DNA of 64,000 nucleotides from Pelagomonas calceolata (taxonomy: Eukaryota): positions 372,001 to 436,000 of the forward strand of contig CAKKNE010000004.1 in assembly GCA_918797485.1 (NCBI GenBank), given 5' to 3'. Positions 10,480-21,223 of this stretch are shown here, in pieces. Position numbers and translations under genes: made by a program. How positions within the stretch are numbered: the stretch's first letter is position 1; every line of letters starts with the position of its first letter. The notes under the pieces are model-generated. The model was given only the letters and a program-made list of their open reading frames with translations. It did no database searches and was not told the DNA's origin.

Positions 10480-12813
10480 CTACGGAGTTAGCGGCGACGC
10501 GGGCCCGTCCGGCGCGGGCTCCTTTATAGATTCGTCGAAGGTGACCCTATTCTCTGATAATTTTTCAAGAGTCGTCGAGCGGCCGACGGTAGCCATCTCC
10601 TTGAGCACGTTGCCGCCCACCGTATGTTTACGATTCATTTTGGGCTTGACCGCGCCCCATTCCCGGTCATCCTCCATGCGCCAGTAGTCGCGACACGATT
10701 CCGCATAAGCTAGTTTACCGGAAGTCGCGGCCATAATCACTTCAGGGAATTGGTCGGCCTCGTCGATGGCTCCCGACTGGATGTGCGCCTCGGCGTCGGC
10801 GTCGGCCAGGTCTTCGATCTCCGCATGTACTGTTTCCGAATTACTGGCGTCGCCCGTCGTCCACAGGAGTAATTCGCGGAATTCATCTCCATCTAAACCA
10901 TTATCGTCATCGTCGAACCTGTAGAACGTTTCCAGGAGCTTTCTATGATGTCGAGCCACCGCCGCGGCCATATGTTCTAAGAGTAACATACTGACGTCGC
11001 CGAAGGAGATGCCGCCCGGCGAGCCATACTTCGGTGGTAACGAAGGTAATGTAAGTATGACCTTGAGGACCGCACCGACATCCTGAGGCGCGAGCATCTG
11101 CCTGACACAAGGCGCTTCTTCTTCAGGTGACGCCGACTCGGCGATGGCCTTGGCGACGTTCGTCGGATCTAGCACGGCCGTCGCCCGCGCGGCCAGGAAT
11201 GCGTCGAGGTGGTCGGGCGACTCGTCAGGGTCCAGATACTCGCTGATCAACTTCCGCAACACACTGAACCAGGCCGGCGCGAGCCAGGCGGACTTGCCCG
11301 CTTTTATAGAAGCGTCGCCTACTTTGATCGTCTCCAGGCCTAGCAAGATAGCCACGGCCCGGACCGTGTCGTCGACCGACTTATGTTCGTCGACGGCCGC
11401 GATGGTCTTGGCCACTTGGACGTTGACCTGTTTTCTGGTGAGATCTTTCGACCGCCAGAACGCATACAAAAAATCGGCGAAGTGGCCTTCATGTTCCGGT
11501 TGATTCCTCAGTTTCGCGGCCAGCAACTCATTTGCTAGTGCACGTGTCTCATAGAGAGGCGGCAAGGGCTTCGCCTTCTTTCGGGCTATTCTCGCAGCTA
11601 AAGCCTCGGCGCCCGAGTCGTTCGCTTGCGCGGCGGCCTGAGCGAACGCTAACGCCGCGGCCGACGCCTTCGGTTGGTTCTCCTCGACTACTACAGATGG
11701 TTGCTCTGTTACGACGTCGTCGGTCTGGACGGAGCAGTCGACGAACTTCTCGGCCATCTCCTTGCGGTACAGCGCGTCGTCGAATTTGCTCAGTTCTTTT
11801 ATGGTGGCGTCGAGCTTCTTTTGCAGTAAAGCGTTCTTATTTTTATATAGATCGGCCTCTTCCACCGCATCGGCAAAGAGTAGTCGCTGCGTCTCGGCCT
11901 TGTCACTCATCTCTCTTATTCTATCTTCGTAGTCCTCTCTAGCTTTGATGAACGAGGTCATTTCATTGATGTACTTCTTCTCGCATTTCAGCTCGAACTG
12001 CCGCGCCAGGCTCCATTCTTTCATATGCCTATCACACGTATTTTTCTCGGGTAAGGGATGGCCCAACTCATCAGAATTCATCTGTCGCGCGGAGTCGTCA
12101 CTTCGCCCGTACTTCGCTAACCTACGACCTAATTCCGCCGCCTTCATGGCCGGGTCCTTGGCCAAGAGTAAGCGAGGCAGCTGCGCCAGCGGCACTCGAG
12201 TAACAGATGAGTGTTTTGGCATGAGGCAATACGCGCACCTCGGCAGCTGTTTCACGGCGCACGCACCACACACTGGCTCGACAGCTTGTGGAGAACTGGG
12301 CCTTGTCCGTTCCAACGGTTTGTACGACGTCCAGTCCAAAGGTTCTCTTGGATGAAACTGGACACTCCAACCTTGGGGTCTGGGCGGGGCCTCGGGTGTT
12401 TGTGGGGGTGTTTTATGAACTTTCACGCCGGAAAAGATGGACTCCACGAAGGACGGGGGCTGCTCGACCTCCTTCCAGCTCACAGGATTCACGCCCCAGG
12501 AACAGGTGCGTTCCGTGCGCAGCAAATGGCCGGCCGTCACTTGGGACGCGGTCTGATGGGCCTGGCGCCGCCGTTGATCATCTCTCGTGGTCTGGGCGAG
12601 CTTCCTTCTCTCAGCTTTCGCTTGTATGATACGAGCGCCGCCGTCGTTTTGAGGAATGGGGCTCTCCTTCAGCGTCGCGGCGAGGCGCGCCTGCCGCTCG
12701 AGTCTTACCAGCCGCTGGGGGCTCACGAGGCGTTCCGGCTCATTCACAAAATGGGATGGGCCCTTGTGCTGGTTGCGGTAGTCCGTGACTGCTAGACCTC
12801 CGGGCAGCTTCAT
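10480..12813 (-). CDS. Hypothetical coiled-coil protein with an EF-hand-like C-terminal motif
   Basis: Long ORF from MKLPGG; heptad-rich middle; FYRFDDDDNGLDGDEF. Confidence 0.75.
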   Translation of the reverse strand: MKLPGGLAVTDYRNQHKGPSHFVNEPERLVSPQRLVRLERQARLAATLKESPIPQNDGGARIIQAKAERRKLAQTTRDDQRRRQAHQTASQVTAGHLLRTERTCSWGVNPVSWKEVEQPPSFVESIFSGVKVHKTPPQTPEAPPRPQGWSVQFHPREPLDWTSYKPLERTRPSSPQAVEPVCGACAVKQLPRCAYCLMPKHSSVTRVPLAQLPRLLLAKDPAMKAAELGRRLAKYGRSDDSARQMNSDELGHPLPEKNTCDRHMKEWSLARQFELKCEKKYINEMTSFIKAREDYEDRIREMSDKAETQRLLFADAVEEADLYKNKNALLQKKLDATIKELSKFDDALYRKEMAEKFVDCSVQTDDVVTEQPSVVVEENQPKASAAALAFAQAAAQANDSGAEALAARIARKKAKPLPPLYETRALANELLAAKLRNQPEHEGHFADFLYAFWRSKDLTRKQVNVQVAKTIAAVDEHKSVDDTVRAVAILLGLETIKVGDASIKAGKSAWLAPAWFSVLRKLISEYLDPDESPDHLDAFLAARATAVLDPTNVAKAIAESASPEEEAPCVRQMLAPQDVGAVLKVILTLPSLPPKYGSPGGISFGDVSMLLLEHMAAAVARHHRKLLETFYRFDDDDNGLDGDEFRELLLWTTGDASNSETVHAEIEDLADADAEAHIQSGAIDEADQFPEVIMAATSGKLAYAESCRDYWRMEDDREWGAVKPKMNRKHTVGGNVLKEMATVGRSTTLEKLSENRVTFDESIKEPAPDGPASPLTP

Positions 12814-13147
12814 AGCACTGGAGGGCTGCCCGCGGCGCGTGCGCGGCTGCCTCCTGGGCTCGTGGGCTCTTTCGTACGGCACGACTACTCGGCTGCTCCG
12901 CGCCGACGGCGTACGGGCCGGCCTTTGCGCCTGCGCGTCGGAGAGCGCTGCAGGGCCAGGGTCTCGGGGCGCGCGGCACGACGCCACCGGCACCAGTCCT
13001 CCCGTCGGTGCCGATATTCGTCGTACGGATGCCGGATCCCGACGGAGGCCTCGACGACGGGCGAGTCCGGTTTCCGCGACCGCGCGACGGCGCCGCGAGT
13101 CCGCCCGGACGCCCTCGCGGCGACCCGCGAACTACTAACTACAAATC

Positions 13148-13696
13148 TTACGACGAGGGCTTCGAATTCCCCTGCTTGATGAGCCACTGGAGGACCTGGT
13201 CCACGTTCACGACCTTCAGCGCGGAGATCGGAATGACGATCCAGGGGTTCTCCGTGACATAATCTAAATTCAGGTCCCGAATCAAATCGCCCTCCGTGAC
13301 GTGGGGCTCGAGGTCGATTTTGTTCGACACGACGAGGACTGGTGTGGTGGCCAACTCCCGGTCCTCGAGCAACCGATGGAGCTCCTTCCGCGCCAGCGGA
13401 ATCGACTCGATCGCGTGCGAGTCCACCACGAAAATAATCACGTCGCAGCCGCGCGTGTAGCGGCCCCACTCGCTCCGGTACTGCGCCTGCCCCCCGATAT
13501 CCCAGCACTTCATCTGGACGCCGCCCTTCCTCACCAACTTCACGTTCAATCCAATGGTCGGGCAGGTCTCGACGGGGCGGCCCGCCGCGAGGACGTTCAA
13601 CAAAGTGGTTTTGCCAGAGTTTTCGAGGCCGACAAGCACTACCTCGAGCTTCTTCGCGTAGAAGGTGTCCAGTAGTTTTGTTAAGAATGCACCCAT
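13148..13696 (-). CDS. Arf-family small GTPase, ARL8-like
   Basis: GLENSGKTT, PTIG, WDIGGQ, NKID and SAL motifs. Confidence 0.92.
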   Translation of the reverse strand: MGAFLTKLLDTFYAKKLEVVLVGLENSGKTTLLNVLAAGRPVETCPTIGLNVKLVRKGGVQMKCWDIGGQAQYRSEWGRYTRGCDVIIFVVDSHAIESIPLARKELHRLLEDRELATTPVLVVSNKIDLEPHVTEGDLIRDLNLDYVTENPWIVIPISALKVVNVDQVLQWLIKQGNSKPSS

Positions 13697-13726
13697 GTTG
13701 GGTGCTCGCCGCTGCGGGTGCGTTCG

Positions 13727-13806
13727 GAGCGCTGCGGAGTTTTATGGGCTCGCCGTCCGCCGCTGCGCGGGCGTCGGGCTCCGAGCGCTGCGGAGTTTTA
13801 TGGGCT
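13727..13806. repeat. 24-bp direct repeat upstream of the ARL gene
   Basis: GAGCGCTGCGGAGTTTTATGGGCT at 13727-13750 and 13783-13806. Confidence 0.85.
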
Positions 13807-14065
13807 GTGTGGCTTGGCTGTGCTCACAGGGCGTGCGGCGTCAAGGATTCACCGCGAGCCCAACAAAGCTGCTGCTGCGGTTCTGTAGGCAACGTATCGT
13901 GCGCGCCGCTTCGGTCTTGACCAAGTAGGCGCGCCCAGAGATCGAAAAAAAAGCCCAAAACCCGTGCGAACGGGTTTTCTGGGTTCGCCTCCAGCTATCG
14001 TGCATTAGCCGCGGGGGGGGGGTGTCAATAAGCCGACCACGAGACTAGCTTCACACAACTGTTCT

Positions 14066-14890
14066 TTACTCTTCCTGCTCCAGCTCGCGGGCCCATCTCG
14101 CTGCTTCGGCTACATCTTTACCCATTAGGTTCTTGTACTCGCACTCGCCGTCGACGACCTTCTTGAGCCAGTACCGCGCTCGGACGGGGTCCTTTGTCAG
14201 GCCCCGCCAGCCTTTGCAGAACGCCCAGCCAAGATAGTACGCGCCGACGTCCGAGCCAAGCGCCGCCCCCTGGCTCACCATAACGAGCCCGAGTACATTG
14301 TCCTGGGGCCCACCATTGCCAAGCAGGAGAGATTGACCAAAACAAGCTATCCCGCGTGGGTCGCGGGCCGCCGCGCTGCGCTCGAACCACGCGCGGGCTT
14401 GCGCCAAGTCTTTCACGAGGCCGTTCGTGCCATGTCGGTGCCACACGCCGAGCCGCCACATGGCTTCCGCGTCACCCACTTCCGCTTTTGCGCGCGCCTC
14501 CTTCACTCGCGTCTCGTCCGCCAGCTTCTTCGTCCACGCCTCAGCTATCTCTCCCTCGATGGCGCCGCTCTTGACCAGCGCCTCGATCGTGTTTCGCACT
14601 TGCGGCGCCGGTTTTAACGTCGTGCCAATGATGTCGCCCGTTGTGGGGCTTTTTGCTTCGCGGTCAGTCCCGAACCACTGGAGTAGGTCTTTCTTCTCGT
14701 ATATCCGGCCGTCTTCTGCTAGTACTGGTTCTACGGGGAGCTCTTGCGTGATCGGACAGATCAACTCCTCCGCGATGGCGTTCAGCGCGACTTTGTGCTT
14801 CTTCTCCGGGCTATCGTCATCGGTGACGACGGCGTCGGCGTCGGCGTCGCGGGCGCGCTTTTTCGCTGCACCCCAGGAGCCCGAAAACAT
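14066..14890 (-). CDS. U-box E3 ligase with Sel1-like repeats
   Basis: LICPITQELPVEPVLAEDGRIYE..W..SPTTG (U-box); GDAEAMWRLG..G..AWFERSA (SEL1). Confidence 0.88.
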   Translation of the reverse strand: MFSGSWGAAKKRARDADADAVVTDDDSPEKKHKVALNAIAEELICPITQELPVEPVLAEDGRIYEKKDLLQWFGTDREAKSPTTGDIIGTTLKPAPQVRNTIEALVKSGAIEGEIAEAWTKKLADETRVKEARAKAEVGDAEAMWRLGVWHRHGTNGLVKDLAQARAWFERSAAARDPRGIACFGQSLLLGNGGPQDNVLGLVMVSQGAALGSDVGAYYLGWAFCKGWRGLTKDPVRARYWLKKVVDGECEYKNLMGKDVAEAARWARELEQEE

Positions 14891-15192
14891 GGCTTGTGTC
14901 GTTGCGTTGTCTTGCTTCTTCGAGCCCAAGGAGCGGGTCAATGTGTGCTGGACAGGGATGAGCCGCTCTGGCTAGTATTTTGAGGCTACGAGCCTCAATT
15001 ATGCGAATGATAGCAATGCGAGCCGCGACAATTCCTTGACGGCAATAGCAAGCAAGCGCGACTCGGTACACCACCGCTTCCAAGCTTTACCCTAGCTAGC
15101 CCCTCTAGCCTCTACGTCGGCATCGATACGCCATCGCCGCACCCGCGAGAGTTGCATCAATCAAACTTACCCCATCAACCTCCTCTCCTCCA

Positions 15193-15247
15193 GAACGCCG
15201 CGATCTCGACCCAGTGGTCCGCCGACGTCCGCGGCGTATCTAAAGCA
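15193..15247 (-). repeat. Orphan 55-bp exact copy of the acylpeptide hydrolase 3' coding end (partner copy 16552-16606)
   Basis: GAACGCCGCGATCTCGACCCAGTGGTCCGCCGACGTCCGCGGCGTATCTAAAGCA occurs at both loci. Confidence 0.95.
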
Positions 15248-15492
15248 ACCTCGTCTGGCTTACCACCTTGCGCTGACCTGTCCGGCGGATGGGGTTCCGG
15301 GAGGAGCGGGAGGGCCTCGGCGCGTGACCCGAACCCGCACCCGAATGTCACAATCAGCCGGGCCCTCGTCGATGATCTGTGAACCGGGCAAGCGCCTGCC
15401 CATCGTGCTGCCCATCGTGCAGCCTCCGCCCCTTACGAGCCCATTCATTGCCGTGGCAGCATCTATTGCAGCAGTGGAGCAGTGGCGAGACC

Positions 15493-16503
15493 ATGGCCGA
15501 GGCAGAACCGCTGCTGCTGAGGGTTGACCAAGCCGGACCGCGGTACAACGAGGCTTTGCAGACCGCGGTCGCTGCCTGCGCGGCCGACACGGCGGGCCAG
15601 ACGTGCTACATCTGCCTGGAAGGCGCCGCGGATGAAGGTCTCGTGCGCGGGTGCTCGTGCCGCGGGGGGAACGGCTTCGTGCACGTGTCGTGCTTGGTAC
15701 GAGCGGCCCAGGTCGCGGTCGAGCGTGGCGGTGGGCCAGGCTGGAGGCGGTGGGACACGTGCGGCCTGTGCGAGCAGGAATACTACGGCGACGTGCTGTG
15801 CGCGCTCGGGTGGGCGTGCTGGAAGACGTACGTGGGTCGGCCGGAGACAGATGAAATTCGGGAGCTGGCGATGATGCAGCTCGGGAACGGTTTACACGCA
15901 ACAGGGAACGACGAGGACGCGCGGTCCGTGCGAGAGGCCGAGTTGTCTATGATACGGCGCCTTGGCGCACCAGAGGACGACTTACTCGTCGCGCAGACCA
16001 ATCTTGCTTGCACGTATCAAGAGCTCGGGCGGCTTGAAGAGGCCCTAAATGCGTTTCGGGATGTATACTCCAGACGTTTGGAGCTCAATGGCGAAGAACA
16101 TGTAGAGACTCTCCGAGCGGCCAACAACTACGCGAATTCCCTTAATAAACTACAGCACTTCGAAGAAGCCAAGTTGTTGCTGTGCAAAACGATGCCCGTG
16201 GTGCGACGCGTTCTCGGTGAAAGTAATGAACTCACGCTCAAGATGAGGTGGCTTTCCGCAGAGGCGCTCTACAGAGACCCCAGCGCCACGCTCGACGATC
16301 TCCGCGAGGCCGTGACGACGCTCGAGGAGATAGAACGGACCGCGCGGCGCGTGCTCGGCGGCGCGCATCCGCTCACAGCGGCGACTGAGGCCCGCCTGCA
16401 ACTGGCGCGAGCCGTGCTCCGCGCCCGCGAAAGGGCAGCGCCGGGCGACGTGAGCTCCGTCTGCGAGGGGGTGGCCGCGATGATGACGCCAGGGGATGCG
16501 TGA
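15493..16503 (+). CDS. RING-CH-like + TPR protein, MYND-less member of the same family
   Basis: GQTCYIC..GLVRGCSCRG..HVSC..CGLC, ALGWACWKTY, and TPR repeats. Confidence 0.82.
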   Translation: MAEAEPLLLRVDQAGPRYNEALQTAVAACAADTAGQTCYICLEGAADEGLVRGCSCRGGNGFVHVSCLVRAAQVAVERGGGPGWRRWDTCGLCEQEYYGDVLCALGWACWKTYVGRPETDEIRELAMMQLGNGLHATGNDEDARSVREAELSMIRRLGAPEDDLLVAQTNLACTYQELGRLEEALNAFRDVYSRRLELNGEEHVETLRAANNYANSLNKLQHFEEAKLLLCKTMPVVRRVLGESNELTLKMRWLSAEALYRDPSATLDDLREAVTTLEEIERTARRVLGGAHPLTAATEARLQLARAVLRARERAAPGDVSSVCEGVAAMMTPGDA

Positions 16504-16530
16504 AGAAACGCCAGCCTAAGACAACTAAAT

Positions 16531-18872
16531 TTAACCCAGCTGCTCCTCGAGGAACGCCGCGATCTCGACCCAGTGGTCCGCCGACGTCCGCGGCGTATCT
16601 AAAGCATGGTCGTCCTCAGGATAGGTCAGCAGCCGCGCGGCCTTGCCCCGCGCTTGCAGGGCGTGGTAGTACTCCAGCCCTTGCGACGGCGGCACCCTTC
16701 TATCTTTCAGACCAAGAGCTAACAAGACGGGTGCCTCGACGGCATCGATCCCGGAGATAGGCGACATGGCGAAGAGCTTCTTCAGTACTTCCGGCCCCGG
16801 CGGTGTGCCCGACGATGCACATTCGCAGGCCACCCAGTCGGGAATGTCCGAACTACCGACCATGGCGCCTAGATTGGTGACCGGGTTCCGCAGCGCCGCA
16901 GCCTTGAACAATTTTGGTGAACGCGCAATCAAATGTGCACCCAAGAAGCCGCCGTGCGAGCCGCCGACGACGGCTATCTTGTCGCGGTCGACGTTATGCG
17001 TTGCGCAGCACACTTCTATCGCTTTCAGGCAGTCGTCGACGTCCTGGCTCCCAATGTTGCCCGGCAGCGAATAGAGTAAAGCCTTGCCGAAGCCTGTACT
17101 CCCCCGATAGTTCACGGATAACACGGCGAAGCCCCGTGACGCCAAAAAAGCTAAAGCTGCCGAATAGGACGTGGGCGTGCACCTGTGTGGAAATCAAAAT
17201 TTTACGGCGCGCTCGTGCTGAATCGTCGCGTCGACCTCCACGCCATCGATGCGACGCCTGCTCGATGGCGTGGCCATGCCGGTTCCTCGCCGCTCGACCG
17301 AGCCGGCGCGAGCACCCGATGCACTGGTTGATTTCCACACAGGCGTGCACGAGTGCGGTCCGCCATGCACACTAACAACCAGCGGTCGCTTCTCGGCACC
17401 CTCCTCCCGTAATAGTAACGCCTCGAAGGCGTCGACGCGGATGACGTCGCATTTCAGAGGTGCCGGCGCGGCGTCGAAGGTCGCCAGGGTCTTGGAGACG
17501 ACGCCGAGCGGCGGCGCGGCGGTCGACGCGAGGATGTCTCCAGTTTTGACGTCGACCGTTAATAAGGCGCCGGCGGCGACCTCGGGCGCGGTCGTGTGCA
17601 CGACCGCTATGCCATCCGCGACGCAGAGCGCGGCGTGGGCGTTGTCCGCGTCGCCGACGCGCGTTATTGACTTGTCCTTCGTGTCCACCAGCAGCACCGA
17701 CGGCGCCGAGCCCCAGAGCGAGTTCACGACGAGCGTGTCGCCGCTCCAGCAGTCCTCCAGGAGCTTCGGGCAGGCCCACAGCCCCGGGCACTCCTGTCGA
17801 TAGTCCGGGTTCAATGGCGCCTCGACGACGACGTCGACCGTGCCCGCGCTCCAGACCTTCAACTCGACGGCGCCGTCGTGCGTCTCGAATTGCTCCGCGG
17901 ACGCTAAGAACGCGAGGCGCGACCCATCTCCATTCCACCGTGGCGACCGCTGGACGGCGTCGCCGCACAACCGCTCCGCGACGTCCTCGTCGAGATCTCT
18001 CAGATAAATCGCCGACGGCCGGTTGAAGCAATAAATCAGCCCCAGCTTCCTATATTGCGACGTCCACACGACCGTGGCCAACTGCCGCGGCTGGACCGGC
18101 GAGAAGGCCGGCTGGCCCTCGTAGACCCCGTCCGGCGGGGGCTCGACGACTTCCAGAGTATCCTCGAGTAAATCAATGACGTAGACGCGCGGCGCCGCGA
18201 CGCCGACCTGCGTGCGATGGCGTCGATGCGGTGACACAGATGGACGCGCGTGCGGGACGCCTCGACGCCATCGACGCGGCCCAACTCGAAGGCACCCCAG
18301 CGCCGCCGCGGCACGTATTTCTCGCCGAGCTCCTCGCGGAAGCGGAACTGGCCATCGAAGGCCTCCTTCTGATCCGGTAACGGGGCGTCGGCGACGAAGG
18401 CCAATAGAGCTTCGTCGGCCGACCACGACATACCGCCCACCATCGCGTCGCCAATCAGCAATTTGCCGACTTTTTTCTTGTCCAGCTGGATGCGCTGGAC
18501 CAGCACGTCCTCCTCGTAGATCTCGACGACGGAACCGTCGTCGGTCTTTGAGAAGACCGCTAATTTTCCAGAAGCCGCGCGGCACCGCCCGACGACGCTC
18601 TCGGGGTCGTCCGCGAGCTCGCCGGCTCTTCTCAATGAACTGTCCTTATCTAGGCGATACCGCAACGTCTGGCGTCGTTTCTTGTTCGCCTCGACGTCGG
18701 GCAGGCTCCGCGTCACGGCGACGTGGACGTCGGAGCCGCTCGTGATCGCGACCGCGCCGTCGATGCCCGAGGCCTGGCCCAGGGCTCGCGCGTAGGCGGG
18801 CGCGAGGTCCGGGGACAATGCTGCGGCGGTCGTCGTCATGAGTTTGAGGAGGAATGCGCCTCGGCTGCGCAT
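16531..18872 (-). CDS. APEH: Acylamino-acid-releasing enzyme (peptidase S9C); introns 18208-18314 and 17183-17350
   Basis: HGGPHS, NYRGSTGFG, GGSHGG nucleophile, D-RRVP, DDH; both introns restore the frame; start could be 18839. Confidence 0.92.
17183..17350 (-). mobile_element. Introner intron, family A, intact copy: element 17183-17342 plus TSD
   Basis: Perfect 15-bp TIR CTGTGTGGAAATCAA/TTGATTTCCACACAG; perfect 8-bp TSD GCGTGCAC at 17175-17182 and 17343-17350. Confidence 0.95.
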
Positions 18873-19026
18873 ATGAGTTTGAGCAGTGGTCGATGCTCTC
18901 CCAAAATAGAAGCGGTTCCGCAGCTCACCAGTGCTTCGGCGGTGCAGACCGAGTTGTTGGCAGTAAAATGTGGGTGTCAAGAGCGCCTTTTTGTACACAA
19001 CGCGCGCGGCCGCGCCGAGCGTGTTT

Positions 19027-19050
19027 GCTAGTGTGTTACAGGCCGCTAGC
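19027..19050 (-). promoter_or_regulatory. Bipartite CTAGC..ACACTAGC upstream motif
   Basis: Reverse complement GCTAGCGGCCTGTAACACACTAGC between divergent genes. Confidence 0.65.
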
Positions 19051-19198
19051 TCGAGTGACCCTTCGCTCCAGAGCAGCGGCAGCACAGCGAGCTTCGTGGT
19101 CCTACGAGGGTAGTTTTAACGCATTGATCGGCGCGCAGCGCCTGCTCTTCGGGGGCTGCTCATCGGGCCGCAGATAGCGCGACTGTGTCGCCTCCAAG

Positions 19199-20401
19199 AT
19201 GGGTCAGTCATTTTCACGACGAACACCTTCAATAAAAGAAGCGCGCCAGTCGCACGACGTCAAGCAGACTCATCGCGCCTTGCTCTCGGACGACGTGGTG
19301 TTTCTCCTGTTGTCTCAGCTCGCCCCGTGGGACGGCAGCGGTGCGGCCGCGGCCTGTAAAGTGTGGCGGTCTCACTGGAAGCGGCGATGCGCGGGCTTGC
19401 TGCGTCTGGCCAGGCATCGCGTCGGAGCTTATGAGTGGTGCAACCACGTTGTCGCCAAGCCCGGCGGAGGCGTGATTGTCTCAAACTATCACGAATCACG
19501 ACTCGAGATCTTCTCGCCGGAGGGCGAATCCCAGGGCGCGTTCGTCGCGGGTGTGTCTCCTTTCGACACGCCAGGCGCGGTGGCGCTCCTCGGCGACGAG
19601 CGCAATACGGCCTGGATCATCTGTGAAGACAATCAAAACTTAGTCTGCGTTCAATTGGGCGACGCCATGGGGGAGGACAAGTTTCTAGAGCCGTCCGACC
19701 AGATCGTCAGTCCAACTATGGACTATATTTGCCCCAAGGACCTCGCCCTTAGTCCCGGTGGTGAATTCCTGCTCGTGCTAGTTGACGATTACGGCGAACT
19801 CGGGGAAGTTTTCGTGCTCAACTCTCGAGATGGAACTATTGTGGGCAGCTTCGGCTTTGAGGAAGATGATACGTTCGGTAACTTGCACTCGCCTCGCGGC
19901 CTGGCGGTCCAGGGCGATTACTGCTTCGTCGCCGATACGTACAATCAGCGAGTTTGTGTCTTCAACTGGCGCAGCCAGACCTGGGTACGCTGCTTTGGAC
20001 GGCGAGGCGCGTTCCTGCACCGTCACTTGGGTGACCCGGAAGCGGAACATCCTTACTGGTGGGATTCAGTAATTAGCGATGGCAGTCGCGGCTACGAAGA
20101 TGAACGCAAAGGAACTGGGCCGGGCGAGTTCATTGAGCCCGTTGGCGTCGCGGTCCATGGCAACATGCTATATGTTTCTGAATTAGTCGGTCGCAGGATC
20201 CAGGTCATGCGGTTGCCCGCCGACATCCTCGATTTGTCCTCAGAGCCGCAGGTATTGCAGATTATCCCGGCACCCGGTGGTCAACGGTTAGGTGGCCTTT
20301 GCGTCGACGGCGAGCGGTTGTGGTGCGTGGGCCCACATTGTATTGGGCCCCCCGGGGACCGCGAAGACACCTACGTGAGCCTTTTTTCGCCGTATGTGTA
20401 A
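19199..20401 (+). CDS. F-box-like + NHL-repeat beta-propeller protein, copy 1
   Basis: LSDDVVFLLL..AAAACKVWR (F-box-like); LHSPRGLAV..FVADTYNQRV and FIEPVGVAV (NHL). Confidence 0.82.
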   Translation: MGQSFSRRTPSIKEARQSHDVKQTHRALLSDDVVFLLLSQLAPWDGSGAAAACKVWRSHWKRRCAGLLRLARHRVGAYEWCNHVVAKPGGGVIVSNYHESRLEIFSPEGESQGAFVAGVSPFDTPGAVALLGDERNTAWIICEDNQNLVCVQLGDAMGEDKFLEPSDQIVSPTMDYICPKDLALSPGGEFLLVLVDDYGELGEVFVLNSRDGTIVGSFGFEEDDTFGNLHSPRGLAVQGDYCFVADTYNQRVCVFNWRSQTWVRCFGRRGAFLHRHLGDPEAEHPYWWDSVISDGSRGYEDERKGTGPGEFIEPVGVAVHGNMLYVSELVGRRIQVMRLPADILDLSSEPQVLQIIPAPGGQRLGGLCVDGERLWCVGPHCIGPPGDREDTYVSLFSPYV

Positions 20402-20545
20402 GACCCCACCGGCCCGCGACGAAGACGCGGTCCACCCCCTGTCGTCGTGAACCCCCCCTTGTAACATCTCCTACGAAACGCAGCTAGAAGGATACTCTAT
20501 TTGACGAAACGCGCGCCATGTTCCACAGCTATCCGCAAGACAGAG

Positions 20546-20565
20546 CTAGCGTTACAGATACTAGC
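20546..20565 (+). promoter_or_regulatory. Bipartite CTAGC..ACTAGC upstream motif (short variant)
   Basis: CTAGCGTTACAGATACTAGC upstream of the SOD-like gene. Confidence 0.5.
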
Positions 20566-20640
20566 TTTTTTGGGGCTCGCTGCCCCAGCGCGCTTATACG
20601 GCCCATACCCAGGCGCTCGCAGCACAAAACTAGTGCAGCT

Positions 20641-21102
20641 ATGGCCCGCTGCTCCTGCGTCCTCACGGGCACCGGCGTTACTGGTACGCTCGTCCTCTCG
20701 CAGCCGAGCGAATCACAGCCTACTGTCATCGACGGCTCGATCAGCGGCCTGGCGCCGGGGCTCCACGGCATCCACGTCCACATTTTCGGTGATTTCAGCC
20801 AGGGTCTGACGAGCGCTGGTGGCATCTTTAACCCCTTCGCGAGGAACCACGGCGGCCCGAACGACGAAGAGCGGATGGCCGGCGACCTCGGCAATTTGGA
20901 GGTGGCCGAGGACGGCTCCTGCAGCGTGCACATCGAGGACAGGCACGTGAAGCTCATCGGCCCCCACTCGATCATCGGGCGGTCGATCGTCGTCTTCGGC
21001 GGCGAGGACGACTTCGGCAAGGGCGGCCACGAGCTCTCGCTGTCGACGGGCAACCCGGGCCCGCGCGTCGCGGGCGGCGTCGTGGGGATCGCGCCGTCCT
21101 AG
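20641..21102 (+). CDS. Cu/Zn superoxide dismutase-like protein with several metal ligands missing
   Basis: GLHGIHVH, GDLGNL, SIIGRSIVV and TGNPGPRV align end to end with SOD1. Confidence 0.9.
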   Translation: MARCSCVLTGTGVTGTLVLSQPSESQPTVIDGSISGLAPGLHGIHVHIFGDFSQGLTSAGGIFNPFARNHGGPNDEERMAGDLGNLEVAEDGSCSVHIEDRHVKLIGPHSIIGRSIVVFGGEDDFGKGGHELSLSTGNPGPRVAGGVVGIAPS

Positions 21103-21223
21103 GCGTTGCGCTGCGTGCGGTTTTCTTCTGAGCCGGCCGGGGCGCGGGCCGCGCTGTTAACACTCGGTATAGTAGAACGTTACGAAGTAGGGGGAGGAGT
21201 CGTGCGCGCCGCCGCCGCGGCGC

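Noticed and set aside
13954..13983. Hairpin AAAACCCGT-GCGA-ACGGGTTTT resembling a bacterial terminator or Helitron end
   Set aside because: Single copy in eukaryotic DNA, with no clear adjacent CTRR end or other support
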